A DNA stretch of 54,565 nucleotides, the filler included, from Jimgerdemannia flammicorona (lineage: Eukaryota), in the NCBI GenBank assembly GCA_003990765.1. It is 2 parts of 2 records of this genome, joined end to end, with 100 filler letters (N's around TTAATTAATTAA, not from the genome) between each part and the next. Parts side by side here need not be neighbours in the genome. Positions count along the whole stretch, not along the records: positions 1 to 27,233 come from RBNJ01000648.1; 1 more part is not named here. The stretch is one strand, 5' to 3'. Each line of letters starts with the position of its first letter. Within the stretch, counting starts at the first letter, position 1. The notes under the pieces were generated by a model. The model saw only the letters and a program-made list of their open reading frames with translations. It ran no database searches and was not told where the DNA came from. A program made the translations under genes and the position numbers. Shown piece by piece: positions 13,001-26,615 of this stretch.

Positions 13001-13965
13001 TATTAAGAGCTTGCAAATAACACCATGATCATCCAATTTGGATAATTATTCATCAAGTTATTGATGTAAACATTTAATTGTCTAATTTGGAAATCAAAAC
13101 AATGGTTGATTCGAATCCATCTGGATGGGATTCAATCTGAATCAATCTGAATCCAATCCGGATCAAATTGACTTGTTAGGAGCACTAGTGGCAAATAACT
13201 GTTGAAGAGTGTTATTCTGGTTATTGGTGAGTATTCCTGTAGGCACTCAGTTGTTATTCCATTGGTTTGCTCAATAACCTATATCAACTGCATTGTTGAA
13301 GTTTTCAATGTCACTGTTTTTTCCACTGAATATGGGGATTTGCAAAGTCTTCGTTGGTTTGTTCTGTTTAGTAATTTTTCCTACTATCCCTGCTAGTGCA
13401 GCTAGTTGTTTAGTTAGTGATGCAATATTGATATCTACTATTATATTGACTATTGGTAGTGGTTCTATAGAGGTAGATTCTCCTGTAGATTTTTCTGCCT
13501 AATGAGGTTGTAGTTCTGTATGACTTGGGGTTACTTGATTCCCAGATATCAGATCAAAGAGTCCTGTGAGAGAGGATAAACCAAATCTCTGTATAGGTGG
13601 CTGAATTGGTTCTGGAGTCCTATATTCTTGCTCTGTAGTTTCTTGGTAAATTCCTAGGCCTGCTGTTCCTCATTGGCTATCATCTGACTGGTATCCTGTA
13701 GAGTCTTCATCTGACTCTCTTCTCTGATGAGATAGTGTATCCTCAGACTGACTGGGTCCTTCAAAGAGAATATCAGATTCTGGCTGAGTAGATGGACCTG
13801 CTTCTTGTTTAGCAGTAGGAGATGAGTGGCCTGCTTGCTCATTCTCATACCTAGTTATGGCAGAGACATAGTATACAACTAGCCTGTAGTAAAGTGAGGT
13901 CTTGGTGGGAGTGTGATGGTATCTGTCAGAAGTAATCCACTTGGTAGCTGCTTCTCTTATAGCAG
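10085..13965 (-). mobile_element. Internally deleted Ty3/Gypsy chromovirus relic (gag, CCHC, partial dUTPase / integrase end, chromodomain; probable 3' LTR ~10085-10714)
   Basis: CCHC knuckle GLCFICRKAEHISFKCP (~11880-11930); dUTPase start DTGYDLY...TEITIQALKGTYICLAEQSSLAK; integrase FSTAYYPQTDSQTEQINRTL; chromodomain FEIEEVLDYK...FFLIKWKGYPTHDAI*E (~10810-10945). Boundaries are approximate. Confidence 0.8.
12596..13187. mobile_element. hAT-family MITE (592 bp fold-back element) with 8-bp TSD GTGGCAAA
   Basis: TIRs TAGTGCTCTGATCAAGTCAAT / ATTGACTTGTTAGGAGCACTA; identical GTGGCAAA at 12588-12595 and 13188-13195; the two arms are long inverted repeats centred near 12900. Confidence 0.95.
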
Positions 13966-13968
13966 GGA

Positions 13969-14782
13969 GTGTGATATAATCTAGAAAATCCTGGGTGGCT
14001 ATAGCAGTATCTTAATTATAGTGATGAAGATGAAGCCCCCATAGTCCGGAACTTTCTGCTCTAAGTTCTTAGTAATACCAAATTCTATCAACATTCTTTT
14101 TCTGTATAACTATTATTCTTCTGATATTCTGATCTTGTGTAACTCAGAAATTCTTCTGGTATCCTTTGTCTGTGCTATCAAAATTCTACTGACATCCTAA
14201 ACTTATGTAACTATTTATAAAGATACTTGAACTTATACTTATAACTATAGTTTTCTATGTTCCAGTATTTTATTTAGTTATTGGAATATATATTTAGCTT
14301 TATAATTTAGCAACTATTGAATTATATTTTGTATAAATACCCCTCTTATTTCCTTTGAAATAAAGTCAGTCAAGTTCACTTATACTCAATTCTATATAAG
14401 CAATCTAAGAGATAACAAGATAGTTTAAAGATAAGAAGTTTGAGGACTACAAGACCTTGGGAAGATACTCCAATAAGAACTTACTGATAACAAACTTATA
14501 TTTAGTCTAAGAGATACATGTTGAAGAGAATCTGATATATTTGAAGAACTCAATGATAATATATATAATATAGTCTCTACATTCAAGTTCACTTACCCTC
14601 AATTTCTTGCAAGCAATCTAAGAGATAACAAAACAGTTTAAAGATAAGAAGTTTGAGAACTATAAGTTCTTAGGAAGGCACTCCAATAAGAATTTGCTTA
14701 TAACAAACTTATGGTTAGTCTAAGAGATATATCTTGAAGAAAATCTGACATATTTGAAGAACTTAGCAACCACAACATGATA
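13969..14782 (+). mobile_element. Solo/partial LTR related to the 33541-34113 LTR, with an internal ~200-bp tandem duplication
   Basis: Its reverse complement matches 33541-33840 and 34012-34070; TATA-like gtataaataccc (~14331) and AATAAA (~14359); 14370-14560 is repeated at 14582-14780. Confidence 0.75.
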
Positions 14783-15049
14783 ATATATATATGTATCTTC
14801 AGAACTATCTTTCTACTCTTATACTCATCTTATCTTATTGAGGTAGTGTATGATATTGTGACTTATTATTTGGATATATGAGAATATGAATCTGACAAGA
14901 TGATTCATAATATAAACTTACTGATCATTTTTATAAAACATAATATCTTTTATAATATTATATACTTTGGACTAACATATAAATATCAATAGATTGTAGT
15001 CAATAAATTATACTTAAACTTAGTATTTATATTGAAGAGATGACTCTTA

Positions 15050-17235
15050 TGATATATAGTATGAAATTGAAATAAGAAATAGACATTTGATCATAGTATC
15101 TGAATTCAATTTCCTGATTTATTATAGTGTAGAAATTACCTTTAGTGCAGACATTACATCTAAAATATTATCAGTGAAACTGTTGTTACTTTCACAAACT
15201 TTATATAGGATTTTATCTGAGATTCTACCTGAGATATAGATAGAATTCTACTTGGAATTTCACATTAAATAACTTATTACTTAGCCTCATATTTAGTAGC
15301 AGAAGTAGCATATAAATCTGTAGAAATAACTCAGTATTTTAGAGTAAATAAATCTCAGTCAGTTCAGCTTAGTCAAATTTTTTTTCTTTATATATCCTTC
15401 CCTCCCCCTTTATGTAAATTTCAGAATCTACTATACTTCTGATGTTATATATCCACTATATTACAACTTAGTACCTATTGGCTGATAATTCAAGATGAAT
15501 TCTCACTTTTAGGCAAAAAAACAAGAAGACATACAGATTACTGTATAGTCCATCATACATGGTATTTATCTCTATACCATCTGCTGTTAATTGGTTATTC
15601 CAGATGTCCTTCTCATTTCTGTGAACTATCAGTATTGAGCAATAGATACTTTGCAAAGAACTGTATCATTGAGTTAATAGCTAGATTACTTCTTAGTTCA
15701 AGAGATAAAATAAAAGAATTAATTACTGAATATACCAAACAAACTACCATATGAACAGACTACTAAATGGACTACTACTCAAAGAAGATGAACAAACTAC
15801 TATAGGGACCATAACCTGATTTTTGAAGACATTGTTTATCTCTGCACCATCTGCTATTAATTAGTTATTCCAGTTGTCAGTCTCATTTCTATGAACTATC
15901 AGTATTGACAATAGAAACTCTGTAAAGGACTATATCATTGAGTTAATAGTTGGGTAGCTCTTTAGTTTGAGAGACAATATTATAAGAATTAATTGTCAAA
16001 AAATACTAATGAATCACTTGCCAAATGGACTGTTATATGGACTACAATCTAATGAAAACAACATATAGACCACTGTACAGACAATTGTCATCCCATAATA
16101 TATGATTTACTGTTCTGACTTTTGGAAAAAGCTGCTATCCAACTTTTGAAGGTATGACTCATTACCTATACTTGACAAGTCTGAAAGCTATCCCACAATA
16201 TAAGATTTGCTATTCTGTAATATACATTTAACCATTATCTGACTTTTGAAAGAAGCCATCCGATGAAATATAGTTACCTGCACTTAATGAGCCTAGAAGC
16301 TATCCAGCTATATACAATTTGTCATTCTGCAATTTATAATTTGCCACCACTCAACTTTTGAAAGAAGCCACCACTCAACTTTTGAAGATATGATCAATTA
16401 CCCATACTTAATAAGTCTGAAAGCTATTCTGTAACATATGATATGCCACTCCAACTTTTAGAAAAGGCCACCAAATGACTTTTAAAGTTACAAACTATTA
16501 TTGTCTAACTTTTGATAATATATGAACCATTGTCCAATTTTTAAAAATACAATCTTTCCCATAATATATAATTTGCCACCCACTCTAAAGTCTATTAACT
16601 ATACTCAATGAGCCTTATAGCCATCCTATAACATATATACTATTATCTGAATTAATTATTTGAAGACTATATTAGGACCTCCAAAAACATTCTGACAACT
16701 ACTCAGATACCATATTACAAATTAGTCTATATAGGGAGAATAAACATATAAATATTACAATGTAGGAATTTGAATAGGAAATTTTGTTTCAAAAATAACT
16801 TATTCAGAGAGAAGATATAACATATAGTATAAAATAGAAATAGGAAATAGATATTTAATCATGCTACCTGAATCCAATTATCTGATTTATTATAGTATAG
16901 AAATTACCTTTACTACTGACATTACATCTAAAACATTATTAGTGAAACTGTTGTTATTTTTATGAACTTTAGATAGGATTTTATATGAGATTCTATCTGA
17001 GATATAGATGGAATTCTACTTAGAATTTCATATGAAATAACTTGATACTTTATCTCATATTTAGTAGCAGAATTAGTGCACAAATCTATATAAATAACTC
17101 AGTATTTTATAGTGAATAAACCTCTGTCAGTTCAGCTCAGTCAAAAAAATCTTCTTTAAATACCCTTCTCTCTCTCTTCACACAAATCTTAGAATCTACT
17201 GTACTTCTAAGATTATGTGTCCACTATGTTATACT
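15050..17235. repeat. Direct repeat pair (15050-15467 and 16822-17235) flanking shorter tandem duplications
   Basis: Two ~415-bp colinear copies; internal duplications 15560-15770 / 15830-16050 and ~100-bp units at 16090-16640. Very AT-rich and decayed. Confidence 0.75.
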
Positions 17236-18419
17236 ATATATAAAACATTCAAATTATTAGTAAATTGAAGATTCTCTCTCTGCAGCCACAATTACTAGTA
17301 GTATAGCATTATTACTATATATGTTATTTTCAAAATATACTTTATATTTAATAATATTTTTAGGATTAAATACCTTATTTTTATTGATAATTAATAACTA
17401 ATATTTGGATAATAATATTAAGTAAACAAATTTCTCATTAGAGAAAATAAATATGATCAAGATGATAATATCAATTTTATAAGTAAAAATAGAGATGATC
17501 ACCTAAAATTGACAAAATTTTTATATAGGCTTGGTTATTCTTTACATTTCTATTATATTCTCTACTATTAGTATATATTTCTATAATTCTCATATAGCTC
17601 TTATCATTTGTTTGATTCAACTCTATTTGAAACAGTTTCTCTTTATTTGATTTATCTGATATATATTTTGTTTTATTTGTTAGATAGTTGAATGAGATCT
17701 AGTAATTTAAATTGTAATTCCTCATATAGCTCCTTTTCTGTTATTTGATTCAATTCTACTTACAACAGGTCTCTTTCCTTCTGTTGTTTTATTTTATTTG
17801 CTGGGTGGCTGGATGGAATCCAGCAATCTGAATTATGATTTTCAATAATTCTCACATAGTCTCTTATCTGTTATTTGATTCAATTTCACCCCCCCTCTCA
17901 TCTATTATATAATTTATCTCTAGCAGAAACTGTATCTAATATATGTTATTCTATTTTATTTACTAAATGGTTAGATAGGATTCAGCTATCTGAATCCTGC
18001 CTTTCTACAATTCTTATCCATAGTTCAATTTAACTTTACTTAAAACAGCACCTTTTTTTATTATTTAATTTATCTAATATATGTTATTCTATATTATTTA
18101 CTGGATAGTTAGATGAGATCTGGCAATCTGAATTGTACTTTTCTATATCTCACATGTTCCCTTTTATATTGTCTCCTTAGTCAAAATATGATCCAAATGA
18201 GAGAAACTATAAAGAAGTCCATCTTTAGACCAGTGAAGATGAGATTATTGATTGCTAAGGAAGCCAATGTATTGTATAAACTCATATAAATAAGTTTGGC
18301 AAGTAGGTTGGCTATTGTCTCCTTTTTAATTATTCCTTTTATACTTTCTGTTAAATTTAGCTTTATTCTATTTTTCACCCATATCTGGGTTAGTTGTTAT
18401 TTTATTATCTTTTAATAAA

Positions 18420-19510
18420 AGGACCTTCTCCCTTCTTTATATTTACAGATTTTCATTATATCTGACTATTACTCTTGAATGAAGGAATTCCTCTCTCTTT
18501 TAATTATTTATGAGTATTCTATTATGTCTCCATAATAGTTTTTCTCTTCTCTTTCTTCTTCTATCATTAATATGAGATTTTTAATGTTATTGACCTCAAT
18601 GGTAAGATCTCTTTCTCCTACTTTCATTAATGAATTATCCATTATATCTGACTATTGTCCTTGATAATGATTACTCTCTTATCCCTCTCTTTTATTTAAG
18701 TATTCCATTATATCAGGCTATTAGCCACTATAATGGTTACTCTCTTCTCTTTCTTTCTTTCTTTATTTATATATATTCTATTATATCTCTATGATGGTAT
18801 ATAACCTCTCTCTCTTCTCTTTTTATTTATATGAAATTTTCATTATGGCTAACTATTAGTCTCAATAATAAGATCTCTTTCTCCTTCTTTTATTCATAAG
18901 TTAACTATTGTATCTGGCTATTGGTCTTGATGATAGTTACTCTCTTTCTCCCCTCTTCTATTTATAGTATTTCATTATACATATCCGGCTATCAGCCTTA
19001 ATAATGATTACTCTCTTACCTCTCTTTCTTTTTGATTCACTGGTATTTCATTATATCAGATTATCAGTCTTGATGATAGAATCCCTCTCTCCTCCTTTTA
19101 TTTATATATATTTCATTATATCTCTATAATGGTGTCTCTTCTCTCTCTCTTCTTTTATTTATATAAAATATCTATTATATCTGACTATTAGTCTCAATGA
19201 TGGGATCTCTTACTTCTTCTTTCATTTATAAGTAATCTATTATTTCTGGCTATTTTCCTTGATGACAATTATCTTCTTTTCTTCCATTATTTTTTATTTA
19301 TAAGTATTTTATTATATCTATCTATTAGCCTTGATGATGGGATCTCTCTCTCCTTTCTTTATTTATAGGTATTCCATTGGGTCTTTATAATGGATTTCCT
19401 CCACTCTCTCTCTCTTCTTTCATTTAGATATATGAGATTTCTATTATATCTGAATATTAAGCTTAATGATAGTTTTTATTTATGAGTATTTCATTATATC
19501 TAACTATCTC
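18420..19510. repeat. Degenerate ~55-60 bp minisatellite (ctctctcttcttttatttat...ttccattatatctgactattagtc-type unit)
   Basis: A recurring unit is visible many times; a longer-period repeat precedes it at 17570-18160. Confidence 0.7.
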
Positions 19511-20421
19511 AACTCTTTCTATTCTTTTCTATTCTATTTACTAATAAGTCTATTTATATGTATATTCAGACAATGTCTAGTAATATAATTAGAGGTCTTT
19601 TCTTTTTAATTTATTATAAATTTAGTACTATTAGACATATCTATAAAGGATGCAATATTGCTTAGTGATATAATATAATCTATATTAGATATGTCAATAT
19701 TGAGAGACCACTACTCTATGCTTCTGATATAATATAAAATTCTTAGATCTGTCTAATATGTAGTAATATATTAGTTAGTATTATATTAATTATAATATTT
19801 TTTATTGAATCTATTTCGAAATATATATATTTTCATACTAATATGAATCTTAATCTTCAAATTCTTAAATTTAAAAAGATAACTTGAGGTAATATGAAAG
19901 ATACTGAGTAAGCTTTAATTGTAAAATGTAGATATAGTTATTATATATAATTTAAGATGGAGATTCTCTTCAGGAATATACTAATAATATTAATGACAAG
20001 TAGGTAATAAATAAATATTTATTTATTTTATATCAATTATATATTGGGATGGCAACTCAATATATTATTATATAATTATACTATTTTATTAGATTTATGT
20101 TATTTATTAGTAATATATGAAATATGTGACTTCAAAAACTTCAATAAATATATCTCTTTTACTACAAAGGTTATGAGCCTCACTAGTACTAAGTAGTAAT
20201 AGTAATATATATATCTCTTTGAAATATACTATATAGAAATATCTAATAAACAGTCTAGTAATATAAGTATAGAACTGGATATACCAATCATGAGCATTTC
20301 TAGAAGTATAATTACAATAACAACTACAATAGATACAAGAAACACAATCTTGGTTATAAGTGTAAATATTACATCCTGATCTTCAATAAGAAAAATTATA
20401 TTATCTAAGTATTCTATATGA

Positions 20422-20877
20422 TGTAATATAGCAGATGCTAAGATGGGCAAATACATCAGATTTCTTTATCTTGAATTCTTGTCTTCTTGACTCCCAGAGT
20501 CAGTAGTTCCTTGAGGCCAAATGTGTTTAAAGAGGTAATCCCGAAGGTCCTTTTATCAGTATACTTGTTCTTTTTCTAACACTTTCGATCTGAGGTTTAT
20601 TCACTCGAAGATACTGGGTTATTTATACAAGTTTGCTAGCTATGAGATGGCTACTGAGTTACACAGCTAAGTTATGAGTCATTTAGACAATGTCTAGAAA
20701 TTTAGACAATGTTGAAATACTATACTAAATCAGGGTGTTCAATTTGGACAATGTCTAGAAATTTAGACAATGTCGAAATCAATGACTGCTAACTATAAAA
20801 CTATACTATTTTGGAAATGGGTGCGATCAAGTGTCTACTCCCTATTTTCTTCTTCCTAATTCGGCTATACCATCACA
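20422..20877 (-). repeat. 3' LTR of A1 (456 bp, TG...CA), with PPT at 20878-20890
   Basis: tgtaatatagcagatgc...accatcaca, followed by acttcctcctgaa (minus strand TTCAGGAGGAAGT); nearly identical to 26616-26893. Confidence 0.9.
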
Positions 20878-20914
20878 ACTTCCTCCTGAATAGATGGTCT
20901 CATCTCTGAGGCAT

Positions 20915-21376
20915 CTATTCAAACTCTCATGCTTCGACTGTCTGTATGGTTTTGTACTGTTCAATTTGTTGCATGACTGTCTCCCAATGATGTCTCCTTA
21001 TTTTATCAAAGTCAGTAGGGGTTACTCCTCACAGGTGGACTAAGGCTGATTCATCTTCTTGAAATAGCTTGTGGATCCTTTTGGCAATAGTGATCTGTGA
21101 GTAGGAGAGTTGGCACTCTGCAATCCAGTCTTCTTTGGTCTTTGTTGGATCCTGGTTAAGCACCCATCCAAGCTTGAAGTACTCTTAGAACTCTGCCCAA
21201 TGTTGGTAGGTACTAAAATGTGAGATCTGAGAGAGATGAGTCTGCACAATACTCTGAATATCCTCATAGTATGCCTCTATGGTCAGAGGCTTGGTGGTGT
21301 GCCATTGGCTTTCAATAGCCCTTTGTGCAGTACTAGTGATCTTGAGTGCTGCTGCAGTACTCCAGTTATTGGCCAT
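20915..21376 (-). pseudogene. ORF3 accessory protein of A1 (~153 codons, in-frame stops, no frameshift)
   Basis: MANNWSTAAALKITSTAQRAIE...HWAEF*EYFKLGWVLNQDPTKTKEDWIAECQLSYSQITIAKRIHKLFQEDESALVHL*GVTPTDFDKI; homologous to 34018-34782 and 40399-40842. Confidence 0.75.
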
Positions 21377-21399
21377 GGTACTTCTTGAGTCAGTTTCGG

Positions 21400-24300
21400 T
21401 GAATGGTGGTGGGGATTATTATGCCTGAGGGCTTTCATAGTCGGAAAGTGGTCCCTTTTATATCTTGCACCAGGTAAGGTCCTTCTCATTTAGGCTCCAG
21501 TTTTCATGACCAAGAGGCTTCTACCATATTCTGATACACCAGGACTTCATCTCCTATATTGATAATCTCCAGGGGCTTGTGGGTTTTTTCTGCATTGCTC
21601 TGTTATCGTGTCTACGCCTTGATTATGTAATCTTCTGCCTTTTTCCTAATCTGATGAAATCTCCATATCTCTGTATCTATATGCTCCAGATTGCATCATT
21701 ACCTGCTGACAAACTTCACCAGAACCTTCTTCACTGAATAGCATTTCTTATGGTATAAAATGGGTACTTTGTGATCGTATATCCCGCAGAGTGGATAATG
21801 CTATTGGTAGATAGTGGTCCCAGTTTCCATATTCGTTACAGATCTTGGCAATGATATTCTTGAGGGTCTTGTTGGTTCTTTCTGCTTGTCTGTTTCCTTA
21901 TGGGTGATAGGCTGTGATTTTGATGTACTGGATCTTGTACTTCTTATAAAGAACCTCATGGAACTGGTTGACAAATTCTGTTCCTCTGTCTGTAGTAACT
22001 TGCTTTGGGGTCTTGAATCAGCAGATGATTTCTCTATGAAAGAAATCAGAAATTGACTGTGCATTGGCTTCCTTGAGGGGTCTGGCCTCTATCCATTTTG
22101 TATAAAGGTCTACTATCACAATGACATATCAGTTGCCAGTCAATGTCAGGGGTAGAGGGCCAATTACATCCATTGTGATGAGGGCAAATGGTATTGGTTC
22201 GATGTCTGCTGATCCAGGGGCTTGATCTCATTGGTCTTGTTTCTGTTTCTGGCATTTGTCACAGGATCTGACAAATTGTCTGATATCTTATTCCATTCTG
22301 GGCCACCACATGGTTCTACTCACATTGTCATATGTATTTGTTCCTCCTAAATGACCTTGTTCATGTATTTCTTTCATCACTTGATTCTTCTAGTGCTTGG
22401 GGATGACTAATTGTTGTCCTTTCTTGAGTTTTTCTCCATCAGTTTTGAATTGTTTCCATGTCCGATTAATAATTGTTTTGGTCCATTCTTCCAGATGTGG
22501 GGGCACCTTTCACTGCCCCAGGTAGCTGATGATTCCATAATACAGCTCTCTATTCATGGTGATTTTGTAGGGGTGGAGTCCTTCAGGGTATCCGTGAGGG
22601 GGCATCAGCATTGGCATTAGTTTTTCCAGGGCAGTGGGTGATCATAGTATTGTATGCTTGCAGCTTCATGATCCATCGGGCATATATTCCTTTGAACTCA
22701 CTGGTAGTGAGCAACCAGGTGAGTGCCGAATGATCTGTCTGGATGGTGAAGTGTCAGCCAGCCAGATAGTAGTGGAACTTCTCCACAGCCCAGATGACTG
22801 CAAGGCATTCCAACTTGTATGATTCATAGGACTGCTCGGCTACTTGGGTATCTTGGCTGAGATAAGCTACCACATATTCGGCACCATTCTTCTTTTGTGC
22901 AGGGACAGCTCCAAGTCCCATTACACTGGCATCCATCTGCAGAATAAACTCTTGAGTCCAGTCAGGTCTCCTCAGGATTGGGGCCTGGGTCAATCTGGTC
23001 TTGAGCTTGTCAAAAGCTAGTTGCTGCTGCTGAGTCCACTGGAACTTGACCTCTTTTCTGAACAGATCATAGATAGGACTGGTGATGTGGGAGAACCTTC
23101 TAATAAATCTTCTGTAGTAGGATACAAGTCCCATGAAGGCTTGGGCTTCAGTGATACTGATAGGTACTGGGTATGCTGCTACTGCTTTGATCTTTGTAGG
23201 GTCTGTATGTATTCCTTCATGGTTGATGATGTGTCCAAGGTATGTGATTTCTTCTTCTCCAAACTTGCATTTCTTGGGCTTGATGAAGAGGCCATGTTTG
23301 CGAAGTCTACTGAGGATTTCCTCAATATGGTCCAAGTGTTCTTTGGCTGTTCGGCTGAAGATGATCATGTCATCTATGTATACCATCATCCATTTCTCCA
23401 TAACATCTCTGAAGATACTGTTCATCATTCACTGGAAGCTTGCTGGTACATTGCACATTCCAAAGAGCATGCGGAGATAGACATAAGTCCCATCTGGGGT
23501 GATGAAGGCTGACTTTTTGCTGGCTTCAGGTGTAAGGCCAATTTGGTAGAATCCAGAGAACAGATCAAGAGTGGTGTAGAATCGTACTTCATTCCCCAGC
23601 ATGATAAGAATGTCACTGATGTTGGGCAATGGTTGTCTGTCCTTCTCTGTGACCTCGTTGAGTCTTCTATAATCTGTACAGAGTCTTGGTGCAAATTCTC
23701 CTGCTCGGCTTCCTTTCTTTGGTGCAAGAATGATGGGGGAGGACAAAGGGCTGCTGGCTTCTTCAATGATACTGGATTCCTCCATTTCCTTTATCTCTGT
23801 CTTGAGCCATTCTCTGTATGCTGGTGGAATGGGGCAGGCCTTCTGATAGATTGGCTTTGCATCTCCAGTATTGACATCATGATAATACAAGGGTTTCTTG
23901 GTCTTAATGTCCTTGAAATCTGTGGCCAGTACATCCTCGAATATATGCAAGAGGCTCTGCAATTCTTCCCTGAGGGGAAAGTTTCTTCCAATTGTATAGG
24001 CGTGTTTGTCTTGGCTTTCCTCCTTCTTGTGCTATCTTAGTTGCTGCAAGGACTCCTCTTCCTGTAGAGCCGAATCCAGCTCTTCCTCATTGAGTTTATC
24101 TGATGTTTGTGACCTCCTTGATTCTTGGATTAAGGACAGATAGGATGAGCATTTGTACCAGCCAATCCTTCTTCCTTACTTCAAATGGGATTGTTGGGTT
24201 GTGGTTCCTGGCAAGAAGAAGGATTTCTCCAGTATAATCTGAATCGATGACTCCTCCTTCTATAAATATTTCGCTCTTTGCTTAGCTGCTCCTTGTCTTG

Positions 24301-25150
24301 AGGATTCCAATATGGTTTGGCAGGATAGTTACTTTAATTCCTGTTCCTAGAATGGTGGTGGTCTGTGGTTTGAGTATTGTGTGTGTTGTGGTGGATAGGT
24401 CCATTCCTGCTGTATTCTCTGATTTGTATTGTGGCATGACTGCATCAGGGTGGATTCTTCATATCTTGACTGTGATGTCTTCTTCATCATTGCTGTCATC
24501 CAATAGTTCAGGTGGTCCATCTTCTGGTTCCTCCTGGTTCTTCTTTGGCTTGTTGGTGATCTTCTTCATCTCAATAATATAGGAGTAGTAGCAATCCAAG
24601 TGCTGGGCACAGTACATTCTTTCACCATGGGGGCACCTTCCTAGTGGGGCATATCCATCTGCGATTCTTGTATACCATTCTTCCTCTGTCAATTGCTTGC
24701 CTTTTCCTTTCTTTATAGTAACCATATAGGCTTCTTCTTCTTGGTCTTCCTCCATCTCAGGGCAGACTCCTTTGTGGACATTGATGGGAATTCTGATCTT
24801 CTTTCCCCGGTAGATGATCTGCATCTTCTGTGCACTGAGGTCAATCATGGCCTTGGCTTTGTGAAGCCACTGGTTGCCAATGAGGATATTGTAGTTGGTT
24901 GCATTGGTGACAAGGACATCTACAGGGATAGTGGCTTCACCGAACTTGATTGGTACATCCCGGATTTTTCCCAAGGGTGTTGCTCATGTCCCATCAGCTG
25001 TGACAAATACCAGTTTGGTGGCTTCTTCTATCTCCCTGCCTAGGTGGTCTACTGCTTTCGTGATGATGAGACATCCTCCTACTCCCATATCAATAATGGC
25101 TTCGAAGACTCGATCCTCGATCTGGCAGGTAGCATAGGCTGATGTTTTCT
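21400..25150 (-). pseudogene. A1 pol: protease, dUTPase, RT, RNase H, integrase (disrupted)
   Basis: Protease AIIDMGVGG (~25090); RT PRLCTDYRRLN, LDLFSGFYQI, VYIDDMIIF; RNase H FILQMDAS, ECLAVIWAVEKF; integrase region 21400-22400. Confidence 0.92.
24060..24460 (-). pseudogene. dUTPase domain of A1, between protease and RT
   Basis: Motifs AGMDL, TRSS, GGVIDSDYTGEI, GRAGFGSTG. Confidence 0.9.
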
Positions 25151-25714
25151 GATTATCTTTACTCTCTTTATCTGAATCTTCTTGTGCATTATTGGCTTCG
25201 ATTATTTTCCAACCTTGGTCTTTGCTGATGTCTGAGATTCCTGTCCTTATTTATTTTCTGAATGTTGGGATTTCCGCCAGCTGGCCAAAGGTTGCATTGA
25301 CCTTTTGGTCCTTGAGATCCTTGAAGATGTCATACTTGAAGGTCTTGCTCTTGTGCAGTTTCTGCTCCTTCCCTTCACTTGATGGGGTAGTATTTCGGAT
25401 AATATCTTCTACTGCTTGCTCTAGTTCAGCATCTTGTTCCAGCTCCATATCTTGATCAGCTTTGCTCTGCTGGTTCTCTTTTTCAATGACTGTTTCTAGT
25501 TGTCTTGTTTGTGTCTGGGCCTTCTTAGGAGGTCTACCTAGAGATCTTTTGTAGAGACTGGATTGGACATCCTTCTTGCTTGAGGTAGCAGGGTAAGCTT
25601 CCCATTCCTCCCTCTCTTCCTCAGATTCTCCAATCTCCTCAAAGGTTATAGTGTTTGCTTGTTCATGGTCCCTGGTTGCATTGCTTGGATTGGCCTTTTG
25701 CTTGGTTTCTGTCA

Positions 25715-26520
25715 TACATTCGGAGGTATAGTGCTCTTCTTCTCTACAGTTATAGCATGTTATTGATCATCTTGCATTTGTAGCAGCAAACTTCTGTACT
25801 GGTTTTTTCTTGAACTCTTTGACTACATCACTGAGGTGTACAGTTATTTCTGCAAACTGTTTGGCCAGTTCCTCCATTGGGTCGACCCTTCTCTGGTCTT
25901 GTGGTTGCAGTTGTATATTCTGGTTGACTATGGTAGCCAGGATTGTATTGGTGACTCTTGGTACTTGTTCGATTTTTACTCTGGTTATCCTTTCCATTGT
26001 ATGGCCTTGAGGGTGTCTGGCAGTCCAGTATCTTTAGGCATAGGTAACCTTCTGTCCCAGGTCCAGTGGTGTTGGGGTAGATCGAATGGCTAAAGCGATT
26101 TCTTGGTGAATACCTTTCATAAAGGTATTCTCAGCCACTTGGTCTTGAACTGCATCGGGGTAGTCAGCAAGGACTATTTGATATCGGATTCTTGTATAGA
26201 ATGTGTTTGGATCTTCAGACATTCCTTGGCAGATAGTATTCAGTTGATTTTTGAGTGCCTGTTTGATTTTGTCTATATAGTAGATTGCTCAGAGCCAGGT
26301 CTTGAAGGCCAGGATTCTTGCTGGATTGTCAGCTCCTTGTATATTAGCTGCAGTAAATATGATTCTTGCTGGGCCTCGGAGGCTTACAGGGAGTAGGGCT
26401 ACTTGTTGTGCTGCCGATAAGGTTCTTACAGCAGTATACTGCTCGAAATCATCAATGAAAGTGATGATTGATTCATCGGAGGTATATCTATGGAATATGG
26501 TTGATCTCATATCCATTCTG
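25715..26520 (-). pseudogene. A1 gag with CCHC zinc knuckle
   Basis: Capsid-like segments in ORFs 26289-26516 and 26034-26222; knuckle CYNCREEEHYTSEC (~25715-25760). Confidence 0.8.
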
Positions 26521-26615
26521 TCTGATTGTGTTGTGTGGGTTCTGGTTGCAGTTGTTCATTGTTCAGCTTGAAAGTGAGGGATTCATCTTGAATCACCAGC
26601 CAATGGACACCAAGT

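Noticed and set aside
19800..20420. Possible decayed helicase (minus-strand SEAHNL, DEAH-like)
   Set aside because: One short motif in very AT-rich DNA; no other helicase motif could be supported.
26595..26615. tRNA gene, or assignment of the PBS to a specific tRNA
   Set aside because: Only a PBS-like TGG-initiated stretch; no cloverleaf, and the cognate tRNA cannot be identified without a search.
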